A DNA stretch of 55,852 nt, counting the filler, from Sandaracinaceae bacterium (GTDB lineage Bacteria; Myxococcota_A; Polyangia; Polyangiales; JADJQN01): assembly GCA_947483975.1 (NCBI GenBank). It is 2 parts of 2 records of this genome, joined end to end, with 100 filler letters (N's around TTAATTAATTAA, not from the genome) between each part and the next. Parts side by side here need not be neighbours in the genome. Positions count along the whole stretch, not along the records: positions 28,043 to 55,852 come from CANKOL010000024.1; 1 more part is not named here. One strand, written 5' to 3'. The notes under the pieces are model-generated. The model ran no database searches. It was not told the DNA's origin and worked only from the letters and a program-made list of their open reading frames with translations. How positions within the stretch are numbered: the stretch's first letter is position 1; every line of letters starts with the position of its first letter. Below are positions 49,302 through 55,852 of the stretch, in pieces. A program made the translations under genes and the position numbers.

Positions 49302-50530
49302 GAAGACTCTCCGCTCGCTTCGTGATCGATGCATTTCGCCTCGCCGATCGCGTAGCGGGCGACGGCGGGCAGCGGGATGACGCCGCCGCTGACCCTCCGA
49401 ACGAGGCCGAGCGCGTGCAAGCGATGGAGCGTGCGATCGACGAGCTCGACCTCCGCGCCGGGCTGCGTCGCGTCCTTTCGCCAGTGGGACCGGTGCGCGA
49501 TCGCGAGGCGCGCGGCGAACGCACGGAGCGACTCGATCCCGACCGTCGCGCCATCGGGGTGCTCGCGCAGGTGCTCGGCGAGGTGCTCGGCGAGCAGTAG
49601 CGCGAGGTGCCCCTCGGTGCCCTCTTCGGGCAGTCCGACGTCGGACAGCTCGCCCGACTCATCGACCATCGCAATCCCCTCTTTGCGGAGCTCGGCGCGG
49701 AGCCCCGTCGCCTCTTCGAGCTGACGGAGCAGATGCCCTCGCTGGCCCGTGAGATAGGCGCGCTCGTCCGCGTCGAGGTCGACGTAGTACGTGACTGGAT
49801 CATCGAGCAAACGACGAGTGATCTGCGAGCGGAGTCGGCGGTTGCGCCCGTCGTCGGTGTCGAGCGCGGGCGTCGCGGTGATCGCTGCGATCCGCTCCAC
49901 GAGGGTGTCGGCGTCCACCGTCGACGGGCCGCGTAGGACGCTGAGCATCGACGCGAACACAGGGCGGCGCACGTCGTAGAGCGCGTCTCCGTGCCCGTCG
50001 AGATACTGGCGCTCATCTCCGTGCACGTGCACGAGCGCTCGCTGGTCGAGGAGCCAGCGAATCACATGAACGAGGTCCCGGCGTCGATCGTGCTGCTGGA
50101 AGTCGATGGCCGGCGTACCGCTGAAGACAGGGTCGGCGGCCGCGGTCTCGATCTGCTTGGCGACCGTGCCGAGCGTGGTCTGTCGGTCGGCGCGCTCGAT
50201 GGCGGCGAGCGCCAAGCAGAGGATGGCGTAGCGCGTCCGGGTGAACGGAAGTGCGTGATGGGGGTCGATCGCCGCGCGTGTGCCGTCCGCCGTATTTGCG
50301 GCGGTCTTGTAGAGCCGCGCGAGCTCGCTCGACACGCGGAGGCGCCACTGCGGGTGCCGGGCGAACCACTCGCGCAAATACTCTTGGTGTCGGCGGACGA
50401 GCGCGAAGTCGGGCTTCTGCGCTCCATCGGCGACGAGGAGTGGATGCTGGAGCAGCGCGCGGAGGGCGCGACGACGCTCGTTCGCAACGCCGATATCCAC
50501 GATACCCAGGTTCGCTGGCAGGCTGGTCAT
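49298..50530 (-). CDS. jetB: Wadjet type II JetB (TIGR02678/DUF2398-like)
   Basis: RRALRALLQHPLL, FTRTRYAILCL, RRLLDDPVTY, AELRKEGIAMVD, PLPAVARY; lies between jetA and jetC with ATGA overlaps. Confidence 0.88.
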   Translation of the reverse strand: MTSLPANLGIVDIGVANERRRALRALLQHPLLVADGAQKPDFALVRRHQEYLREWFARHPQWRLRVSSELARLYKTAANTADGTRAAIDPHHALPFTRTRYAILCLALAAIERADRQTTLGTVAKQIETAAADPVFSGTPAIDFQQHDRRRDLVHVIRWLLDQRALVHVHGDERQYLDGHGDALYDVRRPVFASMLSVLRGPSTVDADTLVERIAAITATPALDTDDGRNRRLRSQITRRLLDDPVTYYVDLDADERAYLTGQRGHLLRQLEEATGLRAELRKEGIAMVDESGELSDVGLPEEGTEGHLALLLAEHLAEHLREHPDGATVGIESLRAFAARLAIAHRSHWRKDATQPGAEVELVDRTLHRLHALGLVRRVSGGVIPLPAVARYAIGEAKCIDHEASGESS

Positions 50531-52152
50531 ACGTCGAGCTCGTGGAGAGTGGGTGTCTCGGCAGCCGTGGACTCGACGCGTTCGTCGGATGCGGTGTCTG
50601 CGAACGCGTCTGAGATCGTCACGAGTTGATCGGGGCCGCGGAGGTCGCCGGTGCTCGTTCGAATTACTGCCTCGCGGCGACGTTCTCCGAGTGGCAGCGG
50701 TGAGAGGATGATGCGGAGACTGCCGTCTGAAGAGGTCGACTCGATGACCTCGGACTCCGAGGTGCGGGCGCCGAGCGCTTCACCGAGCAGGTCGAGCAGC
50801 AGCTGAAACTCGTCACCCTCGAGCATCCCGAACTCCGAGAGGCGCATGGAGCGACCGAGCGCCAAGCGCGTCCGTGCGCGGTCGAGCTGTTGGGCTTCGA
50901 GCTCGGCGAGCCGCAGCAGCGCGCGCTTTGCTTCGGAGCGATCGATGACGTTGTTCGTTCGGCCGCGGCGCGTGTAGCGCCCCGTCGTGCGCAGCCGAGG
51001 CGCGATACGGATGGGTGGAGCGTCGAGCCAGCTCGCCGTGGGCGGGACGGGATGCGCCTCGCGCTGCGCGAGCGTCTCCTCGTCGATGCTCAGGTGTCGC
51101 GCGGGCGTGAGCCCGAAGGCGGCCCGCCACAGGCGGTGCGCGCCCTCGTCGCTGTCCGTCTCGAGGAACCAGCGGGCGAGCACCTTGAGGTCTGCGGCGC
51201 GATCGGTGCGCGTCGCGCGGCGGTCGTGGATGCCGGCGATCGCGCTCAGCAATGCGGGAATCGCTGAGCGCGCCCGTCCGCGGAGCACCTCCGACTGAGA
51301 TGGGCGCTCGCGCGTGCCGAGGAACCAGCCTCGCAAGCCGGCCCAGCGCGCGCGCCAGCTCTCGAGCGCTCGGCGCTGGTCGTCCTCCGTCGCTGCGATC
51401 GCATCGCCGAGCTCTCGACTCGCCGCGATGGCGAGGATTCGCTCGAGGGCCCCATCTGCTCGCTCGAGACTCTGGATGGCCTCGCCGATCGCCGCCGTGG
51501 CGATGACCAGCTCGCCGATGAAGCGCTCCAAGTACTCGACCAACGTACGCTTGTACGTGAGGAACTTCGCCTCCGCGAACGAGTGCAGATCGATCGTGCG
51601 TTGCAGGCTCGAGATGAACGCCTGGGCGCGCGCCGTGAGCTCGTCGAAGCGCTCACGGAGCGACCGGAGGGCGCGGTGCACCTTGCCCGCGTCGGGCTCG
51701 GGCTCCTTCGCGAGCTGCTGGAGCTCACCGAGGAGCGTCAGGATGTCTGCGAGCGCCGCAGCCTGCAGCTCGCCCGGCTGAACGAGCGCGTCGAAGTAGT
51801 GCCGAACGGCGCGCTCTGCTGCCTCGCCCTCGGTCGTGAGCTGATAGAGAAACCGCGGGCGATAGAAGTCTTCGACGGTGGAGACCTCGGCCAAGTCGGG
51901 ATGGGCCTCGAGGTTGCCCCAGTCGCACAGCTGCCCGAGGGCTGCCTCGATCTCTGGCTCGCCGACGGGCACCACGTCCTCGGCGTGCGTCGTGCCCACG
52001 ACCGCGGCGAGCAAGTCCGCGGGGCGGAGGTGAAGCGCAAATCGCTCCTTTGCGTCGGTGAACGCGGACATGATCGACCGATAGAGACGGGCCTTCTCGG
52101 CGTTCAGATATGCGAACGCCTTGAGCTGAGCGGGCTGATCGAGCGGGTCCAT
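50527..52152 (-). CDS. jetA: Wadjet type II JetA (TIGR02677/DUF2397-like)
   Basis: FAYLNAEKARLYRSIM, QLCDWGNL, VSTVEDFYRPRFLYQLT, FLTYKRTLVEYL, WAGLRGWF, LARWF, AFGLTPARHL. Start ATG 52152. Confidence 0.9.
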   Translation of the reverse strand: MDPLDQPAQLKAFAYLNAEKARLYRSIMSAFTDAKERFALHLRPADLLAAVVGTTHAEDVVPVGEPEIEAALGQLCDWGNLEAHPDLAEVSTVEDFYRPRFLYQLTTEGEAAERAVRHYFDALVQPGELQAAALADILTLLGELQQLAKEPEPDAGKVHRALRSLRERFDELTARAQAFISSLQRTIDLHSFAEAKFLTYKRTLVEYLERFIGELVIATAAIGEAIQSLERADGALERILAIAASRELGDAIAATEDDQRRALESWRARWAGLRGWFLGTRERPSQSEVLRGRARSAIPALLSAIAGIHDRRATRTDRAADLKVLARWFLETDSDEGAHRLWRAAFGLTPARHLSIDEETLAQREAHPVPPTASWLDAPPIRIAPRLRTTGRYTRRGRTNNVIDRSEAKRALLRLAELEAQQLDRARTRLALGRSMRLSEFGMLEGDEFQLLLDLLGEALGARTSESEVIESTSSDGSLRIILSPLPLGERRREAVIRTSTGDLRGPDQLVTISDAFADTASDERVESTAAETPTLHELDV

Positions 52153-52543
52153 GCGTGTCGCTTGCGGAGGGTAACGCGCCGGGGGCGCGCGTGGGCGGTC
52201 GCTGCGGGCGAACTCGCGAAGAAGGGGTGGCAGCATGGACGCTGGCGCGCACGCCGGACTGACCGCGGCGGGAACGAGTTTCTGAAAGGCTGTCACGGCC
52301 TGAAGCCGAGGCCGCGCGCCTATCAGCGCCGGTACGGCGAGCCCCGCGCCAGAACGTGGACCACGCGCGGCACGCGGTCTTGCGAAGTCGTCGGCGAAGG
52401 TCGGCGTCCGTCTCGACTTCGCCACGCGCTGCCGCCGCGCGCGCCAACGGCATCGCTCTGCGCCCGATCCGGATCGACTTCGCCAACACGACACGAGCGG
52501 CCCGCGGCCGTGAGTGAGGCGTTCCCCTCCGAGCCGCCGCGCG

Positions 52544-53500
52544 CTATTCGTCACCGCCGTCGCCGGTGGTCGTTTCGTTCACGCCGCCCGCGCGAACGTC
52601 GTCCCACGGACCTGCCTGCTTCCACTGCAAGTCAAAAGCGCGACCGCCGATGAGCGCGCTCACTACGGGCAGGAGAAACTGCCGAAGCGGTTCTCGAAGG
52701 TCGTCGAGTGCGCGCGGCTCTCCGCCAAGCTGAGATCGCTTCGCGAAGGCAACCCACTGCCTCTGGGTGCTCTCGGCTGAGGTGAAGGCGGCGGTCAGCG
52801 CTACAGGCTCTGGGTCGAGCGGGGTTCCTCGGTGAGCGAAAGTCTTCTCGACGGCGAGGGCAAGGTCAGAGCCCCTGAAGTCGAACTGACTGGCGAGCAG
52901 CCAGAGGTCGAAGAAGTCTTTCATCCGACTGTTCAGCGTGCCGAGGTGAACCATCGCTTCGAACTTCTCGGCAACGACGGACTCGCGCGGATACATGCGG
53001 AGTCGAGGCGCGGGGAGGTCGAGCAACGTCGGGTAGTCGTGTTCTTCCGCTCGGGGATGAACGACATCGCCGAACGCGATATCGAGCTGCATCGGGAGTC
53101 TGGCGTTGTCGAGGAATCCCGTGAACGTGATTCTCACTCCTTGGTACTCGGCGCCTTCCTTGATTCGCTGGCCTCGGACCGATCCGCCATCGAAGACGAG
53201 GCCGTCCTCCGCCACGGGTGCGGCGCACACTTCGCGCATGATTGCTTCGAGGACCCCAATTTCGTTTTCTACGAAGCCGAGCAGGTCGATGTCGCGCGTC
53301 GGTCGCGCCATGGGCGCGCCCCACGCGCGCAGCAGCAGGCCGCCCTTGAGTACGAAGCGGCCACCGAAGGACGAGCGACCAAGGCGATAGAGAAAGCGTT
53401 CGAGACCGTAGTGCTGGAGCGCCTCTTGGAACGGCCGCCGGCTAGCTCGCGCTTGGTTCGACAGGCGCGCACGCACCGAGGCCGCGGTGTTCTTCGTCAT
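52544..53500 (-). CDS. abiEii: AbiEii/AbiGii nucleotidyltransferase toxin
   Basis: AASVRARL, LERFLYRL, FVLKGGLLL, RPTRDIDL, QLDIAFGD, AEKFEA, NSRMKDFFD; ATGA overlap with the antitoxin. Confidence 0.92.
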   Translation of the reverse strand: MTKNTAASVRARLSNQARASRRPFQEALQHYGLERFLYRLGRSSFGGRFVLKGGLLLRAWGAPMARPTRDIDLLGFVENEIGVLEAIMREVCAAPVAEDGLVFDGGSVRGQRIKEGAEYQGVRITFTGFLDNARLPMQLDIAFGDVVHPRAEEHDYPTLLDLPAPRLRMYPRESVVAEKFEAMVHLGTLNSRMKDFFDLWLLASQFDFRGSDLALAVEKTFAHRGTPLDPEPVALTAAFTSAESTQRQWVAFAKRSQLGGEPRALDDLREPLRQFLLPVVSALIGGRAFDLQWKQAGPWDDVRAGGVNETTTGDGGDE

Positions 53501-54099
53501 GAGCTTGCCTCGAGATAGGGCCGCATCACGCGCTCGACTCGACACACGCGCGCCTCGACGAGGAGGCTCTCCATGGGGGCACGGCGACGCGCGCGCCAAG
53601 CCTTGAGGGCCTCGAGCGCAACCTCCATACCGAGCTTGTTCCGGTACTTGAAGACATCTGCGAGGGTCTTCTCAGCGGAGTAGATTCGAATCGGCCGCCC
53701 ATCGACGAGCGGAGTCTCGACGCCGCTCGTGAACGCGTGACCGGAGAACCAATGAACGCTCACAGGTGGGTAGTCGATGCGCGGCGCCGACGCGCCACGC
53801 GCTACCGCGATGTCGACTGCGTGTGGGATCTGGGTCGTGAGTTCGTGGAACGCGAGGGCGGAGATGAGACACACCACGCCATTCGGGATGCGCGCGCACG
53901 CGGTCACGAGGTCTGGCGCCCCGAGGGGCGGCAGCGACGCCAGCCGATACACTCCTCGACTGAGCTGCGTCAGCACGCCGTCGTCGCGCATCGCGTAGAG
54001 CGTCCGCCGGTCCACGCCGGCGCGCAGCGCAGCCGACATGCGCAGCGTCCCGCCGTTCAGCTCGAAGACCCTCATCGCGTCCATGCGCTGTTTGGCCAT
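53497..54099 (-). CDS. abiEi: AbiEi type IV antitoxin / transcriptional regulator
   Basis: N-terminal wHTH (LSRGVYRL), GVVCLISALAFHELTTQIP, IYSAEKTLAD, YRNKLG, MRPYLE. Start ATG 54099. Confidence 0.9.
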   Translation of the reverse strand: MAKQRMDAMRVFELNGGTLRMSAALRAGVDRRTLYAMRDDGVLTQLSRGVYRLASLPPLGAPDLVTACARIPNGVVCLISALAFHELTTQIPHAVDIAVARGASAPRIDYPPVSVHWFSGHAFTSGVETPLVDGRPIRIYSAEKTLADVFKYRNKLGMEVALEALKAWRARRRAPMESLLVEARVCRVERVMRPYLEASS

Positions 54100-54542
54100 C
54101 GAGAGACAAAGTAGCAGCAGATCGTCGTAGGTGTATCGATTTTGTTCCAGGGCAGCGCGTCTGGCGCTGCATCTCTGCGCCCCCGCGGCCGACCGCCCCT
54201 GGGTCAACCTCACGCGACCTCGCTCATGGCGCTGCGACTCTCCACACAGGTCGCGCACCTCGTCGATGAGCGTGTCCGCACGGCGGCCTTCGCCCGGTCG
54301 TGCGCACCGTCGAACGACCGGCGGGCGGCTCCGGTCACAGCGCGCGGCTCCAAGCCAGAAATGTTCGCTGCCGTGCGCTTAGACCGCGATGGCCAGGCGG
54401 CGGCGGACCCGCGCCTGCGATCCCTCGACTTCGGGGCACTTCAGCGAGGAAATGCGCACAAAGCCGCACGTGCGCGGAGCGCGTGCCGAGTGCGTGCTCT
54501 GGCTGCGGCCGCTAAGTGCCCGTTTTCAAAGAGAAATTTGGG

Positions 54543-54615
54543 TGGAGTCCAGGGGAATCGAACCCCTGACCTTCTCGATGCCATCGAGACGCTCTCCCAA
54601 CTGAGCTAGGACCCC
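54543..54615 (-). tRNA. tRNA-Ala (GGC)
   Basis: Cloverleaf GGGGTCC-TAGCTCAGTTGGGAGAGC-G-TCTCG ATGGCAT CGAGA-AGGTC-AGGGG TTCGATT CCCCT-GGACTCC-A; G3:U70 Ala identity pair; CCA not encoded (ACCC). Confidence 0.97.
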
Positions 54616-54727
54616 AAACGAAGAGCGGCGAAGTAGCATCCGGGCGGGGGGCTGTCAACGGTCGGGGTGCAAGGGACCGCGCGGAAATTGACCCGGGCGC
54701 CCGGGACGGCGATGGTCCGGGGACCTC

Positions 54728-55852
54728 GTGCCTGTCCCGCTTCGACTCGCGGCCCCGTGTCGCTTCGCTTCGCCGCGCTCGCTGAGGCTCGGCGCGGGTT
54801 GGTTGGCGCTCGTCGCCGGCGCGGCTCTCTGGGTGGCTTGTGACGGGCCTCCGGAGGCCCGCTTGCTCGACGTGAGCAGCGCGGGGCCGGGGCGCGTCGA
54901 GCGGGGGGATCTGCTGCGCGTCGTGGGCTCGGGCTTTCCCTCTGGGCGGACCGGACGGCTGCGGCTCGAGGGGCTGCTCCGTCGACCCACCGAGAGCGAG
55001 CACGCGGTCGACCTCACGCTCGCGGCGCGGGCGGTCTCGCCCGAGCGGGCCGAGGCGCGCGTCGATGAGGCGCTGTTCACGCGGCTCGGAGGCGGCGGTA
55101 CGTTCCGCGGGCGCATCGAGCTGGAATTCGACGCGGTCGTGGCAGACGCGGAGCCCGTCTCGGGGGCACACGAAGATGTCGTGGTGCTTTTCGTGGCGCC
55201 GACGGCGGCTCGGCTCTCGACGGAGCTCGGGCACGCGCGGGCCGCGACGGAGCTGCTGGCGTTCCTGGGCGCGAAGCCAAGCGCTGACGCGGACGCGGAC
55301 GGGGTGCGCGTCGAGCGAGTCGACGTCGGCGGTCGCGCGGCGGTCGCTGGGCTTCGCGCCGGTGACGTCGTCGTCGAGGTCGGCGGCGCCATCGTGACGT
55401 CGCTCGGGGACCTCGCCCCGCCGCGTGGCGCCCGCACACTGCAATGGCGTGTCGCGCGCGCAGGCGAGTCGACGTCGCTGCCGATCTCGCTTGGGCTCCG
55501 TGGGCTCGGGGGCGCTCCTGACCCGGAGTGGTCGTGGGCCGCGGGGCTCGTCGCGCTCGTCTGGCTCGCGGTGCTGCTCGGACTCGCGCCGACGGCTCGG
55601 TTTCTTGGGGCGGCGCACCGTCGACTTCGCACGGCGGCGCGCGCGCAGCCTTCCCGAGGCGACGTCCTCGTGGCCGTGGGCGCTGGCTTGCTGGCGTCGC
55701 TCGTCGCGGCGGTGCCGCGCTTGCCGTCGGCGATCGACGTGGTCGCCGTGTTCGGCGCGCTCTTCGCGCTGCGGCTCGTGCTCGCGGTGCGCGGTGGGCC
55801 GACGGACCGTCGCTCGCGGCTCACGCGCGCGCTGACGCTCGAGGTGGCCGCC
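54728..55852 (+). CDS. Membrane-anchored PDZ-domain protein (3'-truncated by window)
   Basis: Frame open from GTG 54728 to the window end: signal/lipobox-like LWVACD, IPT-like LRVVGSGFP, PDZ GVRVERVDVGGRAAVAGLRAGDVVVEVGG, then TM helices. Absent from the ORF track. Confidence 0.7.
   Translation, partial: MPVPLRLAAPCRFASPRSLRLGAGWLALVAGAALWVACDGPPEARLLDVSSAGPGRVERGDLLRVVGSGFPSGRTGRLRLEGLLRRPTESEHAVDLTLAARAVSPERAEARVDEALFTRLGGGGTFRGRIELEFDAVVADAEPVSGAHEDVVVLFVAPTAARLSTELGHARAATELLAFLGAKPSADADADGVRVERVDVGGRAAVAGLRAGDVVVEVGGAIVTSLGDLAPPRGARTLQWRVARAGESTSLPISLGLRGLGGAPDPEWSWAAGLVALVWLAVLLGLAPTARFLGAAHRRLRTAARAQPSRGDVLVAVGAGLLASLVAAVPRLPSAIDVVAVFGALFALRLVLAVRGGPTDRRSRLTRALTLEVAA

Larger units (their letters stand above)
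36015..54561. mobile_element. tRNA-Ala-anchored genomic (defence) island, no intact integrase seen
   Basis: Flanked by direct repeats of the tRNA 3' end; cargo is Wadjet, AbiE, AEP-helicase, AlbA/Schlafen protein and pseudogenes. Confidence 0.75.

Noticed and set aside
54150..54540. Integrase remnant or IHF site next to the tRNA (ctaagtgcccgttttc)
   Set aside because: No recombinase-like peptide in the frames examined, and only a poor match to the IHF consensus.

Overview
Very GC-rich bacterial DNA, myxobacteria-like by gene content (inference). It consists of two contigs joined by an artificial 100-bp spacer (N44-TTAATTAATTAA-N44, 27943-28042). The left part is mostly ordinary chromosome: NrfD-like end plus molybdopterin oxidoreductase, sigma54 activator, inositol monophosphatase, OPT transporter, two Cys-rich secreted proteins, class-V PLP enzyme, HAD, gyrB, response regulator, SDR, tatCB, an unusual MCP, a TPR protein and a VIT/vWA protein. 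The right part holds rplU-rpmA, a 5'-nucleotidase, and a porin / FMN-binding / His-rich membrane protein trio carrying two Fur-like boxes. It then has an ~18.5-kb integrase-less, partly decayed defence island between tRNA-Ala(GGC) and a degenerate copy of its 3' end at 36015-36035. The island carries a type II Wadjet operon (jetABCD), an AbiE toxin-antitoxin pair, an AEP-primase/SF2-helicase fusion, an AlbA/Schlafen-domain protein, several unknown genes and gene debris. All family assignments come from motif recognition by eye; no searches were run.
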